DNA from: Balanoglossus misakiensis
Lineage: Eukaryota; Animalia; Hemichordata
Direction: 5' to 3'
Length of the DNA stretch: 64,000 bases
Assembly: GCA_040954595.2 (NCBI GenBank)
Contig: CM082580.2
Location: 3,710,783-3,774,782, forward strand
The position numbers and the translations under genes were made by a program. A model generated the notes under the pieces. It did not search any database and was not told the DNA's origin. It saw only the letters and a list, made by a program, of their open reading frames with translations. The first letter of the stretch is position 1. Each line of letters starts with the position of its first letter. Shown piece after piece: positions 1 through 55,700 of the stretch.

Positions 1-96
1 TTCAGAACCTACGACGTATCAGAAACTGCACTGCTTGGACTTGTACATACCTGATCAGATGTTCCTAACAGAATCTCTATATTTTCTCTAACACAG

Positions 97-43198
<43,102 letters not shown>

Positions 43199-45523
43199 AC
43201 GTAGAATTACATCAGTTAATTTAACCTAGTATGTGAACAGCAGATTTGTTTTGGATTGTGGCGCTATATAAACTTTTGATGATTAATTGATTGGTTTACA
43301 CGAGATATGTACTTTCATTCAGGTGTTGGGTACTTATGCATCTATACATATGCATACAATGTGTACCGATGTCGTTATGCTCAACAAGGGTATTCGTGAA
43401 ATATGTTCAAGTATACCAGTACATTTCCTGTTGAAGCACTGGACAATAAGAATATTTCTCATAATATGATTTTGCATCGGAGATATTTACTTTTCTTAGT
43501 TTGTGGCACAATCCTAGCAAAAAATATAGTTCAAAGTCAAAACCACTTTATAGTTTCACTGGCATAATTGCCATAATAATAGTTTGCTTTTATCATTTAT
43601 TTCATGTTCTTGATCTACAATTGTTGGTATCTTTAACTGTTGTTAGACTATAAACTGAAGACGAAGCATACATGATCGTCGCAATGGGTGTTGTGGTTTG
43701 CACCAGTGTTTAGATGACCATACGAATATTCTATCACCAATGATTGTAAATCAATCAACCGACTTATTACATGTAGCTTAAAACAATTCAGAGTACATAT
43801 TTCGCTCTGTACACTTATTTAGAATTTGAATCTTTATATTGAATGACCAACATTGATTAACAAACTCGTATATTATATGCATGTTATCCTGTATTTGCAT
43901 GAATAATTGTGAGTGATGTTATATTCACAGGATTGTGTGCACTTAGCGAGGTTGTAACAGTGTGTTTCAAATGAAAAACTCTATGTAAACCAAGTGTGAT
44001 AAATGCAATTTTTAAGGTAGGAATGTTAAAGTTATATATATATATATATGGGAAGTTATATATATATATGGGGATATATGATTTCTTTTCTAACATGAAG
44101 AGCCTCCAAATCTGTTGTTTGACTGTTAATTCTAAACGTATGTGGCATAGATTTTTGCTGTTATAATCGTGTGTAGTTTCCTTGACTAAGCCAGAATTAT
44201 TTAATGATACCCGCAAGCTGTGTGGTCAGTCATTGTACTTTTGGCATTCAGGAGACCTCAAGAAATTGTCTGGATAAAAATCACCATTGCAAAAGAATGC
44301 ATGCATGTTGTCATAATTTTGTATTCGTTAGATGTAGCCTATATGGTACATTGTATACACCCCTAATGATTACAACAAGACTAAATTAGTTCTGCACAGT
44401 GAAATCTAAATTATGAGTCTTTCCATTTCTTCTCTCTATATTAGGTTGACTTTATCAAGAGTACATGATTGTTTTATCATTTGGTGGTTCAGTAATATGG
44501 TTCAAATGTCTAAGACCATGTGTGATGCATATGGGTAAATAAAAATGGGTATATTGCTAAGGCCATTACTCAGCACATGTTTGATTGGAATCAATTTGTT
44601 TTGTATTTTTTTTAGTTTCAAAGATATTATGAAGATGTGATGTAGGTCATACATATCGTTGCCTCAAGTGTTCTAAGCTGAGGATCAGCAAGAGCTTTGT
44701 GCCAATTAATATAATGGCCATCAGGAAACTTAATCCCTGATATGTATATGTTTTTGTCCTTACATGATTTTGTTGTGTTTCTGCGTGATTCTACTCGGTA
44801 ATTTTTACTTTAATTGTTGAATTGTAAGAGGATTTATCATTTTAGGACAATAAATACAATACAATACAATTATGATGTAGGCCTATGTCGTGGATCTACA
44901 ACCAGAGAGCGTAGTACTCTGGGCGGCGTTGCGGGGGCAGGTGTGACGGCGTTTTAGTTGGCCCGGTTGTGCTGGTAGCTCCCATATACTATTGTCTTGT
45001 TTGTGTTTCATAGTATTATAAAATTAGCAGTAACAATACTACCACTACAACAACTACAACTACTATATTAGCGATAATAATAATAATATGGGTCGCCAAG
45101 AGGGGTCGCGAAGGGAAATGCTGCAAAGATCGATGTGGTTTCACCCTTTTCGTTTTGTTTTGTGGGGTTTCGACGATGGTGGTCACTTCAAGAATCTTTA
45201 CTACGTCAGAAACAACACGGGTAGCCTATCGTTTCGGTGCTTAAAACTTAAAGTGAAAGATTTAGCACGTTTCGAGGTAAATCTAATTTATCGTCAATAT
45301 GTTGACCACAGAAGCAATGATGATAGTTTTATGAGCAACTGAGTGGAATATCTAAAGAAGCACACGTACGCCTTTTGAACCAGAATTTTCAGTTCCGTGT
45401 GTAGTTTAGTAATTTCTTTTTCGGAAATTACATTTCCGTGTTCCCTTACATTGCTTCAGACCTACAGTGAGGTTTTCATATGTCGTCATGAGCTGGCGAG
45501 CGAATATGTTTTTCACACACACA

Positions 45524-45804
45524 GCGCATGCGCATGATATATCCGAGAAGAGATGGAAAGTTAGCATTGCACACGTCATGACTTTTTAATGAGATCACGT
45601 GTGTATAAAATCAGAGAAGCAGCTGCTTCTTGTGATGCCATGCATACTTAATAATGAATATAAGTGATGACGAAACAGAGGTTATGTACACTTGTTTACT
45701 GGACGACAAGAAATATTAAGCGAGCTGAATGCACAGCAGACATACAAGCTTCATCTTTGATAGGTTTTCTAACATTATGGTTTATTAGCTAAGCGCCCAA
45801 CCAG
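45524..45804 (+). promoter_or_regulatory. Putative promoter and non-coding first exon of the 815-aa gene
   Basis: NRF1-like GCGCATGCGC at 45524-45533; consensus donor CAG|GTAAGT at 45804; acceptor CCTCTTGCAG at 48150 upstream of the ATG. Inferred, no transcript data. Confidence 0.4.
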
Positions 45805-47518
45805 GTAAGTCGTTCTGTAGTTAAACCAAGACTACCTATTCCGTTACATACAGTTAGCTGCACTGTTTCATGTTCAACTGACAGGTTTCTGCAATTTACA
45901 TGGCCGGCTACTATTGTTCGCACACATCGCGTACATAGACTGAAAGGTTATGCTCGAATAACGGTAGTTTATTAGTTACCTAAAGATTGTAGGGAGTCGC
46001 GATTTCAGAAAACTGCCATCTTTATCAATGATGATTTAAATATCATGTATTATTTCGGCTTTATGTTGTCATCCCCTGCTCTTTGTACGTGTGTCTGCGC
46101 GCGCGTGCGGCGCGTGAGTGCGCAATGCTGGAAATATCGATCCAAGGAATTAATGTATTTACTTACAGAAGTATAAGAGTTTGATGCGGGAAATCTCTGC
46201 TTTTCTGATGACTGGCAAAGATGCATGAAAATTGACATGACTATCACATTAGTTCAAACGGTACTGGCATCCTAAGACTTTAGGCCCTACATAATGTGTA
46301 TAAGATTGCATTACGTTACTTCAGAAAATGAGATGTGCCTTCCAGCATATGTACTTCCGGTTATTCATTTCCGAAAAAAAAATCGTCAACGGGATCATTA
46401 AAACAGAATCGATATCCCATAAAAACGGGTAAAATGATGTGTAGCAAAAGTGTCGTGAAAAATCAAGATGTTCATAATTACGTTTGCACAGCAAAAAGAG
46501 CCATTTATTTCTGAAATACGGTGTTGTACATAGCAATTATGGTGACGACCGACTTGCAGGACTTTTCATCCACGGACAAAATTAACAGCATAGTCAAAGC
46601 TGAAATTCATGGAATCTCATCCGTCGGAGGCTGTTATCTAAAGGAGCAATGAATGCTACTTGTATATAAGGTTTGGTGTGTGACGAGTTACATTACCTGT
46701 GCAATTCTAAGAATAGTAAACGTATGAAGTCGATACGTAACAAGCTGCTATTGCAGAAATAAATAATCTTATATATTATTAACAAGAAATTTTGAATGGT
46801 ATGTCTCATATGAATGTGAAGATCAGCTCAAAGGAACATTGGCTGTAATTTGTGCCTATTTAATTTGTTCTATTTTGGCTATTTCTCCTTGTATGCTGAA
46901 ATACACATAATTCTGCTTGTCAGCGTAACCTAAGTAAGTGTAAAAACAAATGTCATTGTTGACAAATGAAGTCTTGTCCGGACTTTGGGTCAATCGTGAA
47001 TGCTGGTTAAACACATACCGGCTGGTTGATAACCGAAATACAAGTTATTCCATCATTCGTCAGGAATTCGAATAAGAAACTGCAATCGGACAAAGAAAAT
47101 TAAATGACTGAAATGGGTAACAGAGCTTTAATCTTAACAATTCAAAAGACATAATTGTTTGATTAAAATGGCAGGGGAAAAAAAGGCTGTCGACTATTAT
47201 AAACCATAGCACGTCCCTCTCTGCATACCATAGTTTTTTTCGATTTGCTGTTCCAGTCTCACATCAATCTTTCAGGGCGATAAAACATTAGAGTCTCCAA
47301 GCGTGCAACCCGACGGAAGTCACCTGAAAGAAGGTAGCTTTTAAAGTCTGTTTCTTATTCCCACGGACTTCCCGTGGCCAGCCTACATTATTGATGGGGA
47401 CAGTCGTGCACTCCCCGGGAGAATATTTGCCGCGACAGTGTACACGGGGAAAACAACGTTTTGAGAATTGGTAACACAGGTTGCGCAAGGCGGGAGTTAT
47501 TCTTTTGATCAGGGTTAA

Positions 47519-47704
47519 AGGTATACAGTCACCTCCAATTTACATACGCCCATATTTGGCTGAAATATAGTGTATCTGAGAGTTCTAAAGAACATATGGT
47601 GGTGCTCTCTTTTTACTTGTGCCACCTACTGAAAATCTGCAATTGGCTAGATCTCAATTTGCCATTGTAACTGTACCTAAATTTTCAAAGGTGACCGTAT
47701 AACT
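47519..47704. mobile_element. Short MITE with TTAA TSD (Kolobok-like termini)
   Basis: TTAA|AGGTATACAGTCACCT ... AGGTGACCGTATAACT|TTAA. Confidence 0.7.
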
Positions 47705-48362
47705 TTAAGATTGCTGGAGCCCATGGGGAATGGAACAGAAGATGGTGACGACTGAGACAACAAATGTCTTGAATTCCTTGTCAAATGTACTTCGTGACTT
47801 CCTTCATGTTAGACACAACAGAGAGAGCGTAGATTTCATGACTACCATTGCCAGGGTATCGCACGTGTGGTAATCACATCCCCAATTCTGTGTGCAGAAG
47901 TTATTTTTTTTAATGTAAGTGACATTTTCAACGATCGTTTAGGCCTAGAAGGAACAAGAGTAAAATTGGAAGGTTAATTTTATCACACACACACGTATTT
48001 ATAATTCTCACAATACTATGATCTGTATAAACTTAAAAGTCGACTTTGTCATCACTTTGTTAAATCAGTCAGATCTTGGGCAGTTACCTTGGAAACATTT
48101 TACAAATTAGATGACATCACATTCTAATAATTTTACGTTGCCTCTTGCAGGATTTCTGGAGTAAATTTATACGTAATGCTGATTCTTCAAGACGGATTTG
48201 ATTTCCACATCCACATGTTCAGGGAGTCGCATCACACATAGCAACAGCTGAAAACGAGCCGTTAGCAACAACAACCAAGGAAACTCCAATGAGTAAATAT
48301 TAATGCCCGCTAATATCCGGCGGAGAATTCACAACTGCGGCAGTCATTTCTAAGTTTCCGCC

Positions 48363-50810
48363 ATGGAGAGTACCTTTGTGTTGCAAAGTAATGACGATAA
48401 TGACAGCGGTGACACGAAACAGGGGCAGTTGGGCCTTAGGGTACAGAAACTAGATATCGTCGGGCAGACACAGAAAGATGCGCGTGGCACCAGCCCGAAC
48501 AGACCAGGCAATATGCCAACAGGTAGAGCCGCCGGGGAAACGGAGAGCGATTCTTTTATCGACTTCGTTGCACAGGCAAATTTGCCCAACGACGAGGAGA
48601 CAGCAGACATGGGAGATTCAAAGGACAGAAGGAAAGTCGTCTCTGTGAGCGAAGACGACCTGAATCAGTGGCTGCAGTATTTTGAACCGCTGGGAACCTA
48701 CGAAAAACAACTGATGCACATCAGTAGGATGACATTGAACCACAGGTTGAACGATCCGCCGACGTGGAAAAAGTTGGCCGAGAGGGTAGTTAATATGGGT
48801 GGGTTTGAACGGCTGAGACAGACAGAGAGAGACAACGAGGAATGCGGCGAGGCAGCGGGCGTGGGTCCTCTGCCTCGCTCGGCTAACATAAACCAGCGGA
48901 CGGTGGCGTGGGTGAGGGATCCGCATGATCTTGAACAGGAACGCGTCATGAGCAGCAATATACGGCGAGTGATTGTGGAAACGTACGAGAGAGCGCAGCC
49001 AGCTGAGCGGGCAAAGATCGCGGAACAAATTTCACTTCTGCCCATTTTCCATGAAAAGATCGGAAAGTGTTTGAAGGATCTGAGACCAGATGAGCAAGCT
49101 AAAGAGTTGCCGGTTGCGCCGTCGAATTCTCCCGTCTTGTCGCGTCAAAATTCCCTGGATGATATGGCGATCATGAACCCAAAATTACCAATACTACTTG
49201 GCGGTCATGACGAAATTCGGTCGCGAACGAGCAGTATGGACATTTCAGCGGCGGAAAGTCGACCAAACACCTCAGCAAGTCAATTAATACACAAACAAAC
49301 ACAAAATGGCGGTGAAGACACCCAATATCGGTCAGATTCCAAGAAATTAACGGGCAGTAGCACCACCACGATGCACAGAAAACAGCAGAGTCTCGATTTC
49401 TCTGCGTTTTCCGAACCGTTCCAAACCCCGGACTTAGAAACAAGTGGGAGTGAGAGGCCATCAGATGGCGGGGATTTGAATTCTGCCATCACTGGAGAAA
49501 AGAAGACTCATAAAGCAATACAGCAGAGACTCAGCAAAAGCACAGAGGAGATAATTGCTATCGGAGAGCTCAGTAACCCCACTCCGCTGTCGGTTCTCAT
49601 CAATGCAAATGTTTCCGAGTCTTTTCCTCCGATAAACTCCAAAAGTTCGACGCGACCAGGTAGGACAGGCAGTCCCACTTCCTCCCTGCAGACTGACAGT
49701 TCCGAGTCCATCGGCAAGAAGGACAGTTCAATGATTCCTCCCATCCCGGTCAAGGGCCACCGCGTGGGTCGTCCGTTGTTGCGGCAACGAAGTCTGGACG
49801 TCATCACCGTGTCGAACACGTCATTGTACGACGGTGTCCTGATGAAGTCGGAAATGAACGGCGTGTCGAGAAACTCCCCGCGAGTGAGCTGCGAGTCCCT
49901 CAGCTCACTCCCCCCGGTTGAGAGTTACCTTTCCCAACCCAACAGCGGAAGCTCAACACCCAGGCAAGGTGTCGTGCGCCTCTCGGCGTCATTTCCACCA
50001 GACGAAAACGACCTTGTTTTCCCGCAAATTTCGAGCCCTCCCTCTACCGGCAGTAATCCCAAAACTTCGGGGCAGATCGTCGCTCGACGAATCGGTCGAC
50101 AAAAACCACGCTTGCAGAGACAGAGAAGTATGGATTTCTCGCTGCTGCGCGCCCACGAGAGACGGATCACCCCACCGGAAACACCAACAAGAAGCGATTT
50201 GCCAAGTTGGCCGGAAAAGACAAGCGAGGAACAGTCCTTACAATCCATGAAGAGGCGCCAGAGATTCCGGAGCGACCCTGACATCACATCGATTAGCGAA
50301 GGGGGAGGGAAACACGAACGGAGTGCCAGTCTAGACAGCAATCAATCGACCGGTTCCAATGCAAGGGTCGAAACGACACTTTTGAGAGTAAATCACAGAC
50401 TGAGAAAAGATATGGCGAAAGAATCGCGATCTGTTCTGACGAAAGATAACAGAACAACTGCTCGCAATGAACTGCTTGAAAAGAGGCGACAAAAACTGTT
50501 CATGCGAATGAAAAGCTCGCCAGTGATCAAAATCCCGCCTCAGTTGATAGAAAAACCAGAGAGACCGGATCAAGCTGTGGGATCGGAAGAAAAGACAACG
50601 TGCAGCAAGTCGAAGCTGGAGCAACCACTGAAAGAAGTTGGCGACCAAGTCCCACGGAAGTTGGAGCCCGATCGTTCGGTACCATTGCACCAGAGTAGTA
50701 GTGACAGTGATTTGAAACGTATGAACGGAACTTTGACTTGCCAAAGTGGTGAAACGGAGAGAAACGAAAGGATAGAAAAATGGCTGAAGCAGTGTGAAAC
50801 TGATAAATGA
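48363..50810 (+). CDS. Uncharacterized 815-aa Ser/Arg-rich protein, single coding exon
   Basis: 2448-bp open frame, GC-richer than its flanks, strong Kozak context GCCATGG, in-frame stop just upstream; no family recognised. Confidence 0.85.
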   Translation: MESTFVLQSNDDNDSGDTKQGQLGLRVQKLDIVGQTQKDARGTSPNRPGNMPTGRAAGETESDSFIDFVAQANLPNDEETADMGDSKDRRKVVSVSEDDLNQWLQYFEPLGTYEKQLMHISRMTLNHRLNDPPTWKKLAERVVNMGGFERLRQTERDNEECGEAAGVGPLPRSANINQRTVAWVRDPHDLEQERVMSSNIRRVIVETYERAQPAERAKIAEQISLLPIFHEKIGKCLKDLRPDEQAKELPVAPSNSPVLSRQNSLDDMAIMNPKLPILLGGHDEIRSRTSSMDISAAESRPNTSASQLIHKQTQNGGEDTQYRSDSKKLTGSSTTTMHRKQQSLDFSAFSEPFQTPDLETSGSERPSDGGDLNSAITGEKKTHKAIQQRLSKSTEEIIAIGELSNPTPLSVLINANVSESFPPINSKSSTRPGRTGSPTSSLQTDSSESIGKKDSSMIPPIPVKGHRVGRPLLRQRSLDVITVSNTSLYDGVLMKSEMNGVSRNSPRVSCESLSSLPPVESYLSQPNSGSSTPRQGVVRLSASFPPDENDLVFPQISSPPSTGSNPKTSGQIVARRIGRQKPRLQRQRSMDFSLLRAHERRITPPETPTRSDLPSWPEKTSEEQSLQSMKRRQRFRSDPDITSISEGGGKHERSASLDSNQSTGSNARVETTLLRVNHRLRKDMAKESRSVLTKDNRTTARNELLEKRRQKLFMRMKSSPVIKIPPQLIEKPERPDQAVGSEEKTTCSKSKLEQPLKEVGDQVPRKLEPDRSVPLHQSSSDSDLKRMNGTLTCQSGETERNERIEKWLKQCETDK

Positions 50811-52728
50811 AGTGGTTTTACTACAAATCGCGGACAACAAGAAAGGTTGTCTGAGCATAATGACATATTCTATACGTTGTCCTTGAGTCTCTATGTATAA
50901 TTAAGAAACGTTAATTAACCTAGTGTTATGAGGGAGTCTTTGCTGGTAGCTCACTGTAAAAACATAAATATCACGAAGTAAAATTCAACATGAAAACGCT
51001 ACTTTACTTACTCCACGAATAGTATACAAGTTACAGTACATGTACCCTTGTAAAGGTACTTTAAAAAAAACATAGCCTATAAGGTCTACTGTGATGTTTC
51101 ATATCAAATTTGATGATTAGTTGACGAACAGAAAATGGTCCACGAAAGGCGCGCGCAAAATACATAATATCCTCAGCGTAAATATTATGTCTTATAAGTA
51201 CATACTTAATTTTAGATTTACAATAGCAGTCGATGTAACTAAAGTTGTGAACTAGATTAAACTAACTCCTTGTTTGTAGAATAAATGATATTCGAATTAA
51301 TGACTACAAAGAAATTGACGGTAAATGTTTCAAGGTAAATTCCGACGAACGACATGTATGCTGCAGATGGTCTTGAGGATGCAATATTTTTATGCCAGAG
51401 TTTTGAATTGTATACACACTTTTTTGTGAATTCTTTTGTGTAAAAGTGAATCCGTTCCCCAGTAGAGGTTTGTGAAGTATGAACTACCATTTTGTCGGGC
51501 CATTCTTTGCAATACTGAACAAAGCTGCCACAGAAGAGATCTTTACCATAAAGTAATGTGCTCTGAGAATTAGCACATATAAATAAATTGAGTACATTCA
51601 TGTAACACGTGTGATACACAATGTAATGAGGATAATGTAGTCGACCACTTATGTGTAAACAGGTAAACATGGGGCATTTTGCGTACAGAATAAGTTGTAA
51701 TTTGGTATTTGTTATGAGTTGCCCAAATGTTCTGAACAACATGTGATCCTCCCGCGAACTCTTCAATAAATAACACGACCCAAGGTCGGTACCATTGCAC
51801 CAGAGTAGTAGTGACAGTTATTTGTGTTGGTATGATTAATAAACCATGCTGTAGCATTGGTTGTTACAGCTTCAGTTCGTCAGATCAGTCAGAGTGCAGT
51901 GTCAGACGAAAACATTTGGTCGTCTGAGGGCGCTCTGCATAATTCCCCCATAGCTATTGCAGCATCAGTAGTTGTGGTGGTGGTGGTAGTAATTCTTAAC
52001 CTTTGACCCATAGGAGTAGACGTAGACAGTCGCAGGAATCAGTCAGAAATAATATGTCATTTATTTCAATTTTTAAAAGCTCCAAATGTATAATACCAAT
52101 GGCAGTCCCGGTACTCTTGCAAAATAGGGTGTTTCCCAAAACAGGCATGTTACAGAGTAAAAAAAGAATAACATTAACAGTAGTTGATTTTTTTTGTTCA
52201 TTTCATCTTTACAAATTATCACAAGCAACATGACACAGTCACTGACTAGGAATTGTGGCCAAGTGATTTTTACATCTCTTACAGGTAGACAAAATTACTC
52301 TTTTTTGGGGGGGGGGGGGGGGGTCATCCAAAGGGCCTGTCTGGGCTAAACTGTACATACATAAAATGAATCAAACTACAATTATTGTTTCCAGTGATAA
52401 AAACTTGATTTACTAACAAATGTTTAACAGAGATGTGAAAGGTGCCACAAATGTGTGACACATCTGATCTGTATTGGTTGTCATGTGCAAGAATTGGTTT
52501 GATGTACCTGTGAAGGTAAAAGCTAAGTAAAAGTTGCCTAGAGGTTCTCACCACTCACTTGCATGTGAAGGAATGTACTGTTTTGTGGTCAAACAAACCA
52601 CAGAGGATTAATTCCTGAGGAACAAGTACATAAAGAAACTCACATTGACTGGTCACATTCGGGCTGCAAGACAAGTGGTCTTTAATGCTAGAAGCTAAAA
52701 CTTGCTCAATTTCTCATATACATTAAAA

Positions 52729-55700
52729 CTACCGCTGTACAAATGGAGGGGGAGGGGGAGGAGGCAGATTTGCTGGAGGAGGAACAGCGGGTCTCACTGG
52801 TGGGGGGAGCATTCCGGGCGGTGTCCCCGACACTGTTGTTGTCGGCAGAGGAGGGGCTCCAGTCGCAGGAGGGGGTGCTCGTGGCGGCAGGTGTCCTGGT
52901 GGGGGTGGAGGGGGTGGTCCTTGGTTCTGTGGAGGAGGGGGCTGTTGATGTTGTTGTTGTTGCTGTTGTTGTTGCATGGGTGGGGGTGGTAGGTGTGGTG
53001 GTGGCCCTGAATGTTGCGGCATCTGTTTGTGATCCATCTTGAAGGCAAACTGAAGAAAGAACTGGAGAAGACAAAGAAATACGGGATTACATTCAAAGAG
53101 ATTAATTTGTAGATCTAATCAAACCCAATGTTTTGCTAGCATGTATAGAGTATGAATGAAATCTGAAATCACCAGAATAATATCACTTTTTAACTTACAC
53201 ACTCATCATGTATGTACATGCAGTGTTTTGGTTAAGGGCGGTACCTAGGTAAAATCTACCGGAGTTCCCCAGTCATTTTACCGGGGTTCCCCTGGGTGTA
53301 TCAATGTACTTATATTAGGGGGTTGTAGAAATGTTATCGGGGTTCCCAAATCCATTACTAATGTTCCCCAACCTTAGCAAAAACACTGTACATGCATAGA
53401 AAAGCTTCTGATTGATTGCATTAACTTCAAACCTGACCACCTAACACTGCATAAGAGTCAAACTATCATAAATGCCCTCAACGTCTGAAAGTCATACGAG
53501 TACATACACCGAGTAGGAAACTATTAAAGTTGGTCACAAAATGTTCTACAAAAAGATTGGTGAATTACAATGCACACAAAGGTAGAGAAAACTGAAATAT
53601 TGACTTACTTGCTTGGTTTCTTTGTTCCAATGAGTCCAGAATTTCCCCTCTCCCTTGTCCACCTCTCGACTTGGAACCTATCAACACATACGAAGATCTG
53701 GTGTTAGTTTTCTAATACATGCCTGTGTAACACTACTACTGCAGTGTTCTCCCCAGAATTTTTTTATAGGATATCGGCTAATTTGCATACATTTACATAA
53801 CAATGAACATGTTTAGCTTGCCTTTTTACAAATCTATGAGTAGACATGGCAGTAAACAATATTTAACATGGCATAATAAACATTCATATATCAAGTGAAA
53901 GTACAGTGGCTGGCTGTGAACACACAGAAATAAGCACCATGCAAACCCCAAGGTTTCGAAAGACAGCTCATGTCGTAATAAACCGAGTTTTACTTTGAAC
54001 ATAATAAACACGTGGACATCGGAAGCAACTACCTCTATCTACCGCGTCTCGAACAGACTCGATTGCACGCGCGGAAGATGTAAACAAATATGGCGGCCAC
54101 CATGTACCAGCCGACGAAACGATCTCCGTTTCACACCTCCAGTCAGTCGCTAAAGAGCTGTGAACGTGTGAATGTCGACCAAAACCATACAAAACGATTG
54201 CAATGTTCGTTTCATTGTTTAATTTTTTATTTTATAACAAAAGACGTTCATTTGTGAAAAAGCAACACAGGCGTGAATAGGCGGTTCCATTTACAATAGG
54301 ATATCGGCCCCGATACGCTAAAACCCTCTGGGAAGAACACTGTACTGCTTTTAAAATACCAATTTTTATTGAAATTGATTTCATCATTGGGGTGATAGGC
54401 TTAAAACTCACCTTGAATGCAATTATCTCATAGGGTTCTGCAGCAAACAACAAGTACTGCCATTTTCTGTCTGGGGGTTCTATTTTCTGTTCATAAGCAG
54501 ACATAAAGCGGTGTCTTGGAAGGAGGCCTTCAACAATCTCCGGGTAATCCACCTAAGCAGGAATAAGCACAAAATGAAACCAACATGAAGAATGTGCAGC
54601 CAAGTGTCATCACTAACTTGATATCTTTTGTTTGGAAGCAAAACTCCAAAATGGCAGAGAATAGATATATATATATATATATAGCTGGCAAACAAACTTT
54701 CCACTGGCTACTTTCCCTCCCACAATGTTATAAAACTCAAAGGTAGAAGCACAGGAAGTCCTCACCTGAAAAAGCAAACTTTGCTGTCCACTCTCGGGAT
54801 TTCTTTGTTTGGTCACTAAAAGAATAAGAATGGCTTGAAATGTTAACTACAAAAGTTACACAGAGTGACTTGAATTTTGGCGGTATATTCCAAGAAAAGG
54901 CATCTCATAAAATGGATGGAAAAGTCTTCAATACAATAATTTTTCTTTTGACAAGGCACAGAAGACATGGAGTTCTGTACATGTACACAGCATGTAACAT
55001 ACACATGTATGTAAAATAGGCCAAAGGACAAGACAAGTATGGTCATACCTTTATAACCTGGTCTACCAATCTTTACAAATTTCTTAATTTCTACCCTGGC
55101 TTTCTCTGGCGCTGGCTGTGCTGGGGCATCTTTGGCTTCTTTGGCTGCTCTTCTACCACTGTGTGTTGAAAAACATTTACATCTTAGATAACGAAACTTA
55201 TAAGAACAGAGTCCTATCTGAAAGATACGGGCAGAAATACAGTTGTATGTACATTTCAGAAAAAAATAAAAGTATTGTGAAACACAAAGAACATCATGAT
55301 ATGCACACTCAAAAGACATCAAAACATTATGGTAATTTTTTCTGAAAATTTGTGATCCAATTTAGACACTTTAGTGAATGACAAAAGAAAACAAATTGCA
55401 GCAGGCAGATGCAGATTCAAAGTTGAGTGACACTAACACAGCTGCAATGGTCACTGCACCATATTATCATAAGTCATAAGTGGCTCGAGTTTAAGTTAAA
55501 TTAGAGATCTCTATCAAAGTCACATCTACATGTTGTATTAAGGTGGCATTGCATGAATAGTTGTGATTTTTGCCAAATTTTACTTTTTTACATAAATCGG
55601 TAGGTCTAACATTGACCCACATTCTGACAAATGGTTTGTGATCACTAATAAATAGCACTCTTCTGAAGGAGCCTGCAGCTCCACCCGTTTCTTGTTTACT

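Noticed and set aside
48350-50866. Multiple antisense and alternative-frame ORFs over the 815-aa gene
   Set aside because: Shadow ORFs expected in GC-richer coding DNA
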